A DNA stretch of 58,120 nt from an uncultured Acidimicrobiaceae bacterium (GTDB taxonomy: Bacteria > Actinomycetota > Acidimicrobiia > Acidimicrobiales > Aldehydirespiratoraceae), in NCBI GenBank assembly GCA_913041415.1, contig CAJWHS010000006.1, forward strand, positions 1-58,120. The letters run 5' to 3'. Position numbers and translations under genes: made by a program. This document shows positions 48,920 through 58,120 of the stretch, one piece after another (the first letter of the stretch is position 1; the number at the start of each line of letters is the position of its first letter). The notes under the pieces were generated by a model. That model did no database searches and was not told the origin of the DNA. It saw only the letters and a program-made list of their open reading frames with translations.

Positions 48920-49675
48920 TCAGCCCTTGGCGACGATGAGCTGGAACTCGATGATGCCGCTCTCGTCGATCGAGACGACAATCGGCGCGTTCGGCGGGGT
49001 CACGCCGAAGTCCTCCCACGTGATCGTGGCCGAACCGGTGATGACACCGAATCCGTCGTCGCGAAGGAGGGCATCGATCGTGAACGTCGCCTCGTTGGTG
49101 GTGCCTGCAACGGTGAGGTCGCCCGCGGCATCGACCGTGACCGTCTCGCCGTCGGCGAGACCGGCGGGCAAGTCAACCGGTGTGGTCAACACGAAGGTGG
49201 CGGTCGGGAACTCGTTGGCCATTACAGCCCTGCGGATCGGGAACTCACGACGGGAGTCGTTCGACGTAATCGACCCCATGTCGACGGTGACGTCGGTGCC
49301 GGTCAACCGGCCCCCGTCGATCGTGACCGTGCCGCTCACGCCGCCGGTTCGACCTACGGCGACGACATCGCCGTAGGGGACGGTGAGCTCCTCGTCGACT
49401 CGGAAGCCGGCGAAGCTCCCACTCGCGGTCTCGAAATCGAATTCGCCGATCTCGTCGTCGACCAGCCACGTGGCGTTGATGTCGCCGTCGAACGGGTCGG
49501 GCGCAGCGGCCGGAGCGTCGTCGGTGGCCACCGCCAGGTCGACGTCGAGTTGGGCATTGGCGGCATCGACATCGACGGCCTCGGGCGTGTCACCCCAGAA
49601 GAACAGCCACCACACGGCGGCGATCAACACGGCGAGGGCGATTCCGACCCCGATGGCCAGCTTCTTGATGGTCAT
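48920..49675 (-). CDS. YceI family (polyisoprenoid-binding) membrane-anchored protein
   Basis: AGFRVDEEL, AVGRT, FPTATF, GDLTVAG, WEDFGV; N-terminal TM. Confidence 0.85.
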   Translation of the reverse strand: MTIKKLAIGVGIALAVLIAAVWWLFFWGDTPEAVDVDAANAQLDVDLAVATDDAPAAAPDPFDGDINATWLVDDEIGEFDFETASGSFAGFRVDEELTVPYGDVVAVGRTGGVSGTVTIDGGRLTGTDVTVDMGSITSNDSRREFPIRRAVMANEFPTATFVLTTPVDLPAGLADGETVTVDAAGDLTVAGTTNEATFTIDALLRDDGFGVITGSATITWEDFGVTPPNAPIVVSIDESGIIEFQLIVAKG

Positions 49676-49760
49676 TGCAGCTCCAAGTTCTCACGAGCAC
49701 TACCGGGTGCATACGGACGAAACCCGGTGTGTGGTTCCAAAATGCTCCAAAAAAGTCGGG

Positions 49761-51020
49761 TCAGAGGGTCGCAGCAACCTCGGCGCAGGCAGCGATGGTG
49801 GCTTCGATCTCCTCATCGCCGTGGGCGAGCGAGGGGAAAATCGCCTCGTAGGCACCAGGCGCGAGGGCGATGCCACGGTCAAGCATCCCGTGGAAGAACC
49901 GGGGGTAGACGCCGTTGTCGGCAGCGGCCTTAGCCGAATCAAAATCGTGCGGCGCAGTATCGGTGAAGAAGATGCCCAGCAGCGGGCCGACCCTAGGGAG
50001 CACGGCCGCAACGCAGGCGGCGTCGAACGCCGCCTGCATGCCCTCTTGGAGGCGCACGGCCCGGTCGGTGAGGGCGGCGTACGCCCCGACCGTGAGGTGC
50101 TCGAGGGCCGCCAGGCCTGCAGCCGTCGCGAGCGGATTCCCCGACAACGTGCCGGCCTGATAGACGCCTCCGAGCGGTGCCACATTGCTCATGATCTCGA
50201 GGCTCGCGCCGTAGGCGCCCATGGGCAGGCCACCGCCGATGACCTTGCCAAAGCACCACACATCGGGCTGCACTCCGAACCACTCGGCTGCGCCACCGTG
50301 GCACAGACGAAAACCGGTGATGACTTCGTCGAAGAGCAGCATCGCCCCGGCGGCGTCGCAGGCTTCGCGAAGTCCCTCGAGGAAGCCGGGCGCAGGAGGC
50401 ACCAACCCCATGTTCGCTGCGATCGGTTCGACACAGACCACGGCGATCGACTCGTCGATCTCGGGGACAACGTTGTACGGCGCCACGATCGTGTCCTCGA
50501 TCGCGCCCGGCGTCACGCCCTCGGAACCCTTGAGGCCCTGTTGAGCGATGCCCGACCCGCCGGCGACGAGCAGGGCGTCGGTGTGACCGTGGTAGTTGCC
50601 AGCGAACTTCAAAATCTTGCTGCGGCCGGTTGCGCCGCGAGCGAGCCGGATCGCCGACATCGCCGCTTCGGTGCCGGACGAAACGAGTCGCATCATCTCC
50701 AGCCCCTCGACCCGACTGGTCATCTCTTCGGCGATGCGCACCTCGTTCTCGGTGGGGGCGCCATAGCTCGTGCCGCGGGTGGCGGCATCCCGGATCGCAG
50801 CGATGACGTCGGGATGGGCATGGCCGAGGATCGACGGGCCGTAGCTCTGGACGTAGTCGATGTAGCAGCGACCCTCAACGTCGAAGACGAATGGCCCTTC
50901 CGCTCGTTCGACAAAGTACGGCGTCCCACCGACCGAGCCGAAGGCCCGCACCGGCGAGTTCACACCGCCGGGGATAACGGCTTGACCGCGCTCGAACAGG
51001 GATGCGTTCGTGTTGCTCAC
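49761..51020 (-). CDS. hemL: glutamate-1-semialdehyde 2,1-aminomutase
   Basis: PGGVNSPVRAF, SGTEA, FDEVITGFR, FGKVIGGG, GTLSGNP. Confidence 0.97.
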   Translation of the reverse strand: MSNTNASLFERGQAVIPGGVNSPVRAFGSVGGTPYFVERAEGPFVFDVEGRCYIDYVQSYGPSILGHAHPDVIAAIRDAATRGTSYGAPTENEVRIAEEMTSRVEGLEMMRLVSSGTEAAMSAIRLARGATGRSKILKFAGNYHGHTDALLVAGGSGIAQQGLKGSEGVTPGAIEDTIVAPYNVVPEIDESIAVVCVEPIAANMGLVPPAPGFLEGLREACDAAGAMLLFDEVITGFRLCHGGAAEWFGVQPDVWCFGKVIGGGLPMGAYGASLEIMSNVAPLGGVYQAGTLSGNPLATAAGLAALEHLTVGAYAALTDRAVRLQEGMQAAFDAACVAAVLPRVGPLLGIFFTDTAPHDFDSAKAAADNGVYPRFFHGMLDRGIALAPGAYEAIFPSLAHGDEEIEATIAACAEVAATL

Positions 51021-51046
51021 ATGGCGAGGCTACCCACCGAGATGGG

Positions 51047-51694
51047 TCAGAACCCGAAGTGAGCGAACGGGAAGTCGACGAGCGATTCGAGCACGATCTC
51101 GGCGTCGGGGTGGACGTCGTGCACCGTGACTGCGTTGGGAACGACCACACAGCGCATCCCCGCCGCTCGGGCTGCCGCAAAGCCGTGTCGCGAGTCCTCG
51201 ATGACGAGCATGTCGGCCGGGTCGAGACGCAGCCGGGCCGCTGCGAGGAGGAACAGGTCGGGGGCAGGTTTGCCTCGGTCGACCTGGTCACGCGTGCTGA
51301 GGTGGTCAAAGTGATCGACGAGCCCGAGCCGGGTGAGGTGCGGCTCGACCCAGTCGATCGGCGAGCTGCTTGCGATCGCGAGCCGGCGGTCGTGCGACTT
51401 GGCGACTGCGATCAGGTCTTCCACACCCGGCAGCACCGGGACGTTCTTGCGTGCGTGACAGTGCCGTTCCTCGGCCCGGGCCATCACGTCGGCATCCGGG
51501 GCGCGACCGAGCGCGTCCCTGAGGCGCTCGGCCAACGGCTTGTTGTCGGCGGTGCCGACGATCTCGATCCACCTCGTCATGGGAAGATCGAGGCCATGCT
51601 CATCGTGAGCGATCCGAGCGGCCTCGTACACGGGGGTCTCGGTGTCGGCGATAGTGCCGTCGAAGTCGAAGATGACGGCGGCAGGCGGGTTCAC
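51047..51694 (-). CDS. HAD-superfamily phosphatase (IA type)
   Basis: DFDGTIADT, ASSS, KPAPD, EDS..G..AA; GGAGG RBS before GTG 51694. Confidence 0.9.
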   Translation of the reverse strand: MNPPAAVIFDFDGTIADTETPVYEAARIAHDEHGLDLPMTRWIEIVGTADNKPLAERLRDALGRAPDADVMARAEERHCHARKNVPVLPGVEDLIAVAKSHDRRLAIASSSPIDWVEPHLTRLGLVDHFDHLSTRDQVDRGKPAPDLFLLAAARLRLDPADMLVIEDSRHGFAAARAAGMRCVVVPNAVTVHDVHPDAEIVLESLVDFPFAHFGF

Positions 51695-51725
51695 GACGTG
51701 GACCTCCGACCGCAACGCTGTTGGG

Positions 51726-52964
51726 TCAATCGAGTGCTCGTTCGAAGAAGTGGGTGGCGTGCGGGTCGTCATTGAATCGATCGACGGCACCGAAGCCGGA
51801 CGACTCGTAGAGCGCGATCGCCTCGACGAGCGTCTCGTTGGTGTCGAGCCGGACTCGATCGACACCCAGCGACCGGGCCTCGTCCATGAGATGGCCGAGC
51901 AGCGCGCGGCCGAGCCCCCGACCGCGTACGTCGGAACGCAGCCACATCCGTTTGATGTCGATCACCGCAGGGTCGGAACGTTTGAGCGCGCCGCACCCCA
52001 CCGGGTGACCGTCGAGACGGATGACGACGAAGAGTCCGTTCGGTGGCGAGACCTCCTCGACGTTGGTGGACTGCACCGTGCCACGATCGAGGCCGTAAAC
52101 GAAACGGGTGTCGAGTTCGGCGTAGTACTGCTCGAGACACCACTGGGCGTCAGCGCTCCCTGCGGGCTCACGATGCAGCACAGGACGGTCGGCAACGTGG
52201 GCGACGAGGGCATCGACAAGGCCAGGGATCGTGTGGGGATCGGCTTCGACGTGGACATCGAAGCCACGCTCGGCAGCGACGGCAGAGGTCGCCGGACCGA
52301 TCGACGCAACGATCTTCGGGAGCCCGTCGACACCGATGGCGTCGACGAGCGAATCGACCGCCGAACCGGAGGTGAAGACGGCGGCATCCGCCGCAGCGCA
52401 GGCGAGATGACCGCTGTCGTCGATGTCGGTAGAGACCGTGCGGTAGGCGATGACCTCGTCAACGTTCCAACCCATCATCCGCAGATGGATCGGCAGGGTC
52501 TCGCGGGCAACCTCGGCTCGGGCGAGCACGACCCGACCACCGGCAATCGGCGGTGCGGGGAACGCAGCAGCGAGACCCTCGGCGATTGCGTCGGCAGGCA
52601 CGAGGTCGACGGGGAGACCGAGCGACTCGGCCCGATCGCGGGTTCCAGGACCGACCACGGCGACTCGAACGCCATCGGCGAGTGGGCGCTCACCAAGCGC
52701 CTCGGCCACCTTTGCGGCACCGTTGGGCGAGGTGACCGCAACCCAATCGCCATTGCGCAGGACCCGCAAAGCCGTGCGAAGTCCGACACCGCCATCGAGC
52801 GGATCGGTGATCTCGATGACCGGAACCGATACCGCTTCGGCGCCCTGCGCCTCCAGTGCCTCGACGAGCGATGCCGCCTGGTCGCGAGGTCGGGTGACCA
52901 CGATGCGGAGCCCGCAGAGCGGGCCGGCAATGACAGGTTCGGGCGGCGGAGTCATCGCCGTCAT
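51726..52964 (-). CDS. hemD: uroporphyrinogen-III synthase fused to a C-terminal GNAT acetyltransferase
   Basis: VVTRPRDQA, VTSPNG, VGPGT, AYRT, FTSGS, SIGPATS; then VGCGALK..IKRMW..RGRGLG..LDTN..AIALYE..GF. Confidence 0.88.
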   Translation of the reverse strand: MTAMTPPPEPVIAGPLCGLRIVVTRPRDQAASLVEALEAQGAEAVSVPVIEITDPLDGGVGLRTALRVLRNGDWVAVTSPNGAAKVAEALGERPLADGVRVAVVGPGTRDRAESLGLPVDLVPADAIAEGLAAAFPAPPIAGGRVVLARAEVARETLPIHLRMMGWNVDEVIAYRTVSTDIDDSGHLACAAADAAVFTSGSAVDSLVDAIGVDGLPKIVASIGPATSAVAAERGFDVHVEADPHTIPGLVDALVAHVADRPVLHREPAGSADAQWCLEQYYAELDTRFVYGLDRGTVQSTNVEEVSPPNGLFVVIRLDGHPVGCGALKRSDPAVIDIKRMWLRSDVRGRGLGRALLGHLMDEARSLGVDRVRLDTNETLVEAIALYESSGFGAVDRFNDDPHATHFFERALD

Positions 52965-52974
52965 CGTGCCGCGC

Positions 52975-53871
52975 TCAGCGGAGATCGGCCAGCAGGTCGC
53001 GGCCACCGCGTTCGTCGAGCAGGAAGCGGGCGACCGCCCGACCGAGTTGATCGGGATTGGTGCCGACCCGGCGTTCACGGATCAGGACCCGGCCATCAAG
53101 CGACGCCAGCATGCCGGTGATCTCGATGCCGTCACCACCAAGGGTTGCGTGTGCACCGGCGGGGAGATCGCAGTCGCCGTCGAGTTCGTGAAGAAAGGCC
53201 CGCTCAGCGTCGACGACACGCCGGGTGTCGACATGTTGGATCGCACGCAGCACAGCGATCGTCTCGGTGTCGTCCGCACGGCACTCGATGGCGAGGGCGC
53301 CCTGGGCGACCTGCGGGAGCATGATCGACGGGTCGAGCCGGTCGACTGGGGTCGAAAGGTCGAGCTCAAGACGGTCGATCGCTGCGGCCGCCATCACGAT
53401 CGCGTCGAAACCGCCGGACTCGAGCTTCTCCAGCCGAGTCTGAATGTTGCCGCGCAGCTCGGAGAAGATGAGGTCGGGTCGATGCCAAGCCAGCTGGGCC
53501 CGGCGACGAACCGAGCCAGTAGCGATGTGCGCACCGGGAGGCAGCGACGCCCAGAATGCGCCGACGAGCGCGTCGCGTGCATCGGCTCGGGCCGGTACGC
53601 AGACGAGCACGAGACCATCGGGCGTAACCGCTGGGAGGTCCTTCCCAGAGTGCACGGCGAAGTCGGCTCGACCGTCGAGCACGGCGGCCTGAACCTCCTT
53701 AACGAACACGCCCTTGCCACCCATCGAGTGGATCGGCACGTCGGTGTTGCGGTCGCCGACGGTCGAGACGATGACCTCGTCGATCTCACACTCGAGCTGC
53801 GAAGCCACGTAACTCGTCTGCCACAAGGCCAACGCACTCCCGCGCGTGGCTGCTCGCAACTGCATCCCCAT
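52975..53871 (-). CDS. hemC: hydroxymethylbilane synthase (porphobilinogen deaminase)
   Basis: ATRGSALALWQ, GKGVFVKE, VHSGKD, SVRRRAQ, RGNIQTR, LDGDC. Confidence 0.96.
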   Translation of the reverse strand: MGMQLRAATRGSALALWQTSYVASQLECEIDEVIVSTVGDRNTDVPIHSMGGKGVFVKEVQAAVLDGRADFAVHSGKDLPAVTPDGLVLVCVPARADARDALVGAFWASLPPGAHIATGSVRRRAQLAWHRPDLIFSELRGNIQTRLEKLESGGFDAIVMAAAAIDRLELDLSTPVDRLDPSIMLPQVAQGALAIECRADDTETIAVLRAIQHVDTRRVVDAERAFLHELDGDCDLPAGAHATLGGDGIEITGMLASLDGRVLIRERRVGTNPDQLGRAVARFLLDERGGRDLLADLR

Positions 53872-53881
53872 GAGCGCCGAC

Positions 53882-55144
53882 TCAATCGAGGTCGAAGAGA
53901 TCGCGAAGCGAGTCGGCAAGGCGATCGCCCCGAGCGTGACCGGCGGCATCCTTGAGCCGGATGGTGGGCTCGTGCAGCAGCTTGTTCACGATGCCCCGAG
54001 CCATTGCCTCAACGGCTTCGCGCTGCGACGCATCGAGATCGGAGAGCTTGCCGTCGAACCGGGCGAGTTCGACGTCAGCGATGTCGCTGCCCCGCGTGCG
54101 GAGCTGGGCGATGAGCGGCGCCACCTCACGAGCGGAGGTGACGGTGCGATAGCGATCGACCTCTTCACCGACGATCGTCTCGACGTTGCCGACGACGCGG
54201 GTCCGGGAGGCCATTTGCTGCTCGACGAATACACCGATGTCGTCCATGTCGAGGAGCGTGACGCCGGGCAGTTCGCCCGCGCGGGGGTCGACGTCGCGCG
54301 GAACAGCAACATCGACGATCACGAGTTCGCGACCATTGCGGCTCGAGATGAAACCGGCGATCTCGCCGCTCTCGAGGATGAGCTGCTGGGCACCCGTGGT
54401 CGTGACGAGCATATCGACGGCGACGAGGGCGTCGCCCACGGCATCGAGACTCACGGCGGTGCCACCGCACGCCTCGGCGAGCGCCACGGCGTTCTCCCAG
54501 GTGCGGTTGGCGACGAAGACGTCGGAGGTGCCGGCCGCAGCCAGCGACTTGACGGTTCCCTCGGCCATCTCGCCGGCACCGAGCACGAACACGGTGCGGC
54601 CGTCGAGGCCGCCGAGTTGCTCGGCGGCGAGGGCGACGGCAGCTTGGCTGACCGACGCGATGCCGCGACCGATCGCCGTATCGGTGCGGGCCCGCTTCCC
54701 TGTCTCGACTGCGTGACGGAAGAGCGGGCCGAGCGTGGAGCCGACCGTGCCGTGTTCGGCCGAACGCTCCCAGGCGGTGCGAACCTGCCCGAGGATCTCG
54801 TGCTCGCCGATCACGGCGGAGTCAAGACCGGCGGTCACCGAGAACAGATGGCGGATCGCTTCGGTGTCGTGGAGTGCGTAGAGGTGGTCGTTGACGTCTT
54901 CGGGAGCAAGCCCAGCATGCCGTCCGAAGTACTCGCGGATGTCCTGGTAGCCACCGTGGAACTTCTCGGCATAGGCGTAGATCTCGACCCGGTTGCAGGT
55001 CGATAACACGATTACCTCACTCAGGTGATCGGCGGATCCGAGGTCGGCGAGCGCCTTGGGGATGTCGTCGGGCGCGATCGTCATCCGCTCGAGAATCGAG
55101 AGCGGGGTCGACCGGTGGTTACAACCGATGGCGACGATCGACAC
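53882..55144 (-). CDS. hemA: glutamyl-tRNA reductase
   Basis: LSTCNRVE, GLDSAVIGEHEILGQV, GAGEM, DVAVPRD, KLLHEP. Confidence 0.97.
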   Translation of the reverse strand: MSIVAIGCNHRSTPLSILERMTIAPDDIPKALADLGSADHLSEVIVLSTCNRVEIYAYAEKFHGGYQDIREYFGRHAGLAPEDVNDHLYALHDTEAIRHLFSVTAGLDSAVIGEHEILGQVRTAWERSAEHGTVGSTLGPLFRHAVETGKRARTDTAIGRGIASVSQAAVALAAEQLGGLDGRTVFVLGAGEMAEGTVKSLAAAGTSDVFVANRTWENAVALAEACGGTAVSLDAVGDALVAVDMLVTTTGAQQLILESGEIAGFISSRNGRELVIVDVAVPRDVDPRAGELPGVTLLDMDDIGVFVEQQMASRTRVVGNVETIVGEEVDRYRTVTSAREVAPLIAQLRTRGSDIADVELARFDGKLSDLDASQREAVEAMARGIVNKLLHEPTIRLKDAAGHARGDRLADSLRDLFDLD

Positions 55145-55307
55145 GGGACAAGTACTCCAAGGGCAAAGCCGACGGCCCAGGGCAGCAGGGCCAATACCAG
55201 AACGCTATCGGACATCCACCCCAGAAACCGGATCGGGCGACGGGTGTCACGACGGGCATACTCGCTCGCTTCGCGGCGCCGATGACGGAGGAACCTGGCG
55301 GCTGGGG

Positions 55308-55955
55308 TCAGGAGTCTTCGGCGATCCGAACGCGGTGCAGATGGAAACCGAGAATCTGGAGTTCGGTGACGAGATCGACCGATCTGATCTCGACCTCGTC
55401 AGGCGCCGAGAGCACCGTCGGGGCGAAGCTCATGATCGACGTGACACCTGCGGCCACCAACGCATCAGCGGTGCCCTGGGCAGCTTCGGGCGGGGTCGAG
55501 ATCACGCCGATGGCGACGTTGAGGCGGTGGACGATGTCGCCGAGTTCGCCGGGCGCGTGCACCGGGACGCCGTCGACGACCGTGCCGATCTTGTCCAGGT
55601 CGGAATCGGTGGCCGCCACCACGGGGAAGCCGCAATCCGTGAAGCCGATGTGGTTGGCAAGCGCCCGTCCGAGGTTGCCCATGCCGCATACGACAACGGG
55701 CCAGACGTTGGCGACGCCAAGCGCCTGACTTATCTGGAACCGAAGGAAAGCGGAGTCATAGCCTACGCCCCGAGTGCCGTAGGTGCCGAGGTGTGACAGG
55801 TCCTTGCGAACCTTGGCGGCGTTGACGCCGGCGAGATCGGCGAGTTCGTCGGACGACACCGTTGCCGTCACCCCGACGGGGAACGCGTCGAGGCCCCGCA
55901 GGTAAAGCGGGAGTCGAGCCACGGTGGCTTCAGGGATCCGACCAAGGGGCGCCAT
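55308..55955 (-). CDS. rex: redox-sensing transcriptional repressor Rex
   Basis: IPEATVARLPLY, KVRKDLS..GTRGVGY, GMGNLGRAL, FAP. Confidence 0.96.
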   Translation of the reverse strand: MAPLGRIPEATVARLPLYLRGLDAFPVGVTATVSSDELADLAGVNAAKVRKDLSHLGTYGTRGVGYDSAFLRFQISQALGVANVWPVVVCGMGNLGRALANHIGFTDCGFPVVAATDSDLDKIGTVVDGVPVHAPGELGDIVHRLNVAIGVISTPPEAAQGTADALVAAGVTSIMSFAPTVLSAPDEVEIRSVDLVTELQILGFHLHRVRIAEDS

Positions 55956-55973
55956 CGCCCCACGCTAGACACC

Positions 55974-56011
55974 TTGTGCATCAGTTCACAAGAGTCTTCA
56001 CAAGTTCACAA
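55974..56011. promoter_or_regulatory. Rex operator TTGTGCATCAGTTCACAA (55974-55991) plus two extra TTCACAA half-sites
   Basis: One mismatch to TTGTGAA-N4-TTCACAA, just upstream of a TAGCGT -10 (55967-55962) that lies 6 nt before the rex ATG. Confidence 0.85.
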
Positions 56012-56997
56012 GTGAGCGACAGCGATCCCCGATTCACCCTCGACCGCGAAGAACAGCCACCACGTCCCGTCGCCGGGATCGCAGAACAGGCACGGACCGC
56101 GTAGCTGATTGACCGGCTCGTTGACGGCGCCACAGATCGACGGCACACGGCTCGTCGGCCCCTCATGGGCATTTTCGCGGGGCAGCACCTCGACCGGCTC
56201 GTCGATCTCGCGCCAGCGCTCCCACGGCCCCGCGATCGACACGCGCGAGCGCACGATGCGATCGGGTGCGTCACCGACCCGAGTCTAGGACACCTCGAGT
56301 TCGGCGCCGGCAGCTCCTTCGACGACCCGCACTGCACTGTGGCGCATGTCGGGCCCAAACAGTGTGAGCCCCTCCTCGAACCCGGTACGGCCATCACGGG
56401 ACCGGAAGAACCGGCCCGGCATGGCGAGGGCATGCCAACAGCCGTTGTGACGAAAGCACCGAAAGTACGACGGGCCGTGGGTCTCAGGAGCCGCCTGGAA
56501 GTGGGTCCCGTCGCTCGACACGGCCACCCGCGTTCGCTGATCACCGAGCGCCTCGGAACCGTGCAGGTACATCACGATCTCGTGCCGGTCATCGTCGACG
56601 TGCACGTCAGGCGAGGCGATGTGGGCGGTGAGAAGGTCATCGCGCAGCGAGGCCGGCATCTGATCATCGAGCGCCTCGCGATAGCGGGTTGTTATCCGCT
56701 CAAACGTCTCGGCATCGATCACGAGATCCTCAACGAGGAAGCCGGAGTCGACCAGCTGCAGCGAGCCAGGCTCGTGGATGATCCGCGGCCCCTCGATTGC
56801 GTCGCCATGGGCGAGCCGGTGAAGGAGCCCTTGCGGTCGGCGAAGTAGCAGAGGCACCGACCGAGCGGACCGACCAGCCACGCAGGCGCACGGATGACCG
56901 ATGGACCCTGAATGTTGATGCCGATGCTGGGATGACTGGCTGGCGTCATGATCGGGGCGTCGCCGACGCACTCGACCCGAACATCCCGCTCGCTCAC
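56006..56997 (-). pseudogene. disrupted beta-propeller glycoside-hydrolase-like gene
   Basis: NIQGPSVIR..PLGR..YFAD.KGS, frameshift near 56820, HIASPDVHVD, in-frame TAG at 56287-56285, same frame continues TRVGDAP..QLRGP..GESGIAVAHL. Confidence 0.75.
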
Positions 56998-58120
56998 GCG
57001 CCGAGTTCTCGCCGGATGATCTTGCCGCCAAGCCCCCGAGGGATCTCGTCGACGAGGTCGATCTTGGTCGGGCACTTGTAACGGGCGAGCTCGGTGGCGC
57101 ACCACTCGATCAGGTCGTCCTCTTCGAGGACTCGACCCGGCTCGGCCGCGATGAATGCCTTGACCGACTCGCCGGTGTGCGGGTGGGGCACGCCGACGAC
57201 ACCCGATTCGACGACGCCCGGGTGGGCGTTGAGCACCCGCTCGACCTCCGCAGGGAAGACGTTGAAGCCCGACACGATGATGAGGTCCTTGGCCCGGTCG
57301 ACGATGTAGACGAACCCGTCGTCGTCGACCACGGCAATGTCCCCGGTGTGCAACCAGCCCTGCGGATCGATCGCCCGAGCGGTGGCCTCTGGGTCGTCAA
57401 GGTAGCCAGCGAAGACATTGTCACCGCGAACGAGGACCTCACCTTCGTCGCCGATGTAGGCATCGTCGCCTGCGGCATCGACGATGCGGACTTCCATGCC
57501 GGCCATGGGGCGGCCGATCGACCCGATCGGGGTGCCGTCGTCGGTTGCGCGGGTGACGCCTGGGGCGGCTTCGGTCAGGCCGTAGCCCTCGAGGATCCGC
57601 ACGCCGAAACGACCCGCCACTTCCTCAACGACCCGATTGGGCAGCATGGCGGCACCCGACACGGCGATGCGGATGGTCTTCAGCGCATCGTCGGCGACGA
57701 GGTCGACCTGACTCAGCGCAGCCCACATCGTGGGCGGACCGACCAGCACCGAGATCTGCTCGTCGGCGATCGTCTCGAAGACGGTCATTGGGTCGAAACG
57801 CTCCTGCAGCACCAGGGTGGCCCCCGCATAGAGGCTCAGGTTAAGGATCGAGTTGAGCCCCATGATGTGAAAGAGCGGCAGGACACACAGACCGATGTCG
57901 TCGGGGCGGACGACCTTGCCGCTGGTCGCCATGTTCTGACGGAGGTTGGCGCCCAGGTTGCCGTGGGTGAGCATGGCGGCCTTCGGTGCGCCGGCGGTAC
58001 CGCTGGTGAACATGAGGCAGGCGAGATCGCCATCAGCGCGCTCGACCATCGGGGCCGTTGCCCGGCGGCAGCCAGCACAGTCCAGATAAGCTGCTGATGG
58101 TGCGTGTGCGAGAGAGATAG
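56994..58120 (-). CDS. long-chain acyl-CoA synthetase (AMP-binding), 5' truncated by window edge
   Basis: FTSGTAGAPK, EGYGLTE, WLHTGD, RAKDLIIVSGFNVFPAEVE, GKI. Confidence 0.92.
   Translation of the reverse strand, partial: ISLAHAPSAAYLDCAGCRRATAPMVERADGDLACLMFTSGTAGAPKAAMLTHGNLGANLRQNMATSGKVVRPDDIGLCVLPLFHIMGLNSILNLSLYAGATLVLQERFDPMTVFETIADEQISVLVGPPTMWAALSQVDLVADDALKTIRIAVSGAAMLPNRVVEEVAGRFGVRILEGYGLTEAAPGVTRATDDGTPIGSIGRPMAGMEVRIVDAAGDDAYIGDEGEVLVRGDNVFAGYLDDPEATARAIDPQGWLHTGDIAVVDDDGFVYIVDRAKDLIIVSGFNVFPAEVERVLNAHPGVVESGVVGVPHPHTGESVKAFIAAEPGRVLEEDDLIEWCATELARYKCPTKIDLVDEIPRGLGGKIIRRELGA

Noticed and set aside
56285-56287. In-frame TAG as pyrrolysine or programmed readthrough
   Set aside because: The same gene also has a frameshift, TGG to TAG is the simpler explanation, and no pyl genes are in the window
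58060-58120. Atypical lower-GC terminal bases (translating to DCAGC in the ligase frame)
   Set aside because: Too short, at the sequence edge, and possibly an end-of-contig artefact

Overview
High-GC actinobacterial DNA; gene content and style fit Acidimicrobiia, but this is an inference. The centre (10191-44527, minus strand) is one co-directional respiratory block of about 34 kb. In transcription order it reads: small membrane protein, 2x[4Fe-4S] ferredoxin, split b6-type cytochrome b with the heme-ci cysteine, subunit IV, Rieske protein, diheme cytochrome c, orphan membrane protein, a complete 14-subunit complex I (nuoA-N), another orphan membrane protein, an 11-subunit complex I lacking nuoEFG, and a MidA/NDUFAF7 methyltransferase. 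A Rex-type operator overlaps the putative promoter of the block. A divergent cytochrome c has CxxCQ instead of CxxCH and shares an N-terminal TEVPEHL helix motif with subunit IV. The left flank holds housekeeping and accessory enzymes (asd, hydantoinase-like, nitroreductase, MazG-like, SDR, HD protein). The right flank holds pgi, a kinase-like protein, YceI, rex-hemA-hemC-hemD(GNAT fusion)-HAD-hemL, a pseudogene and a partial acyl-CoA ligase. I saw no rRNA, tRNA, CRISPR array or mobile element. All calls come from motif recognition by eye; no searches were run.
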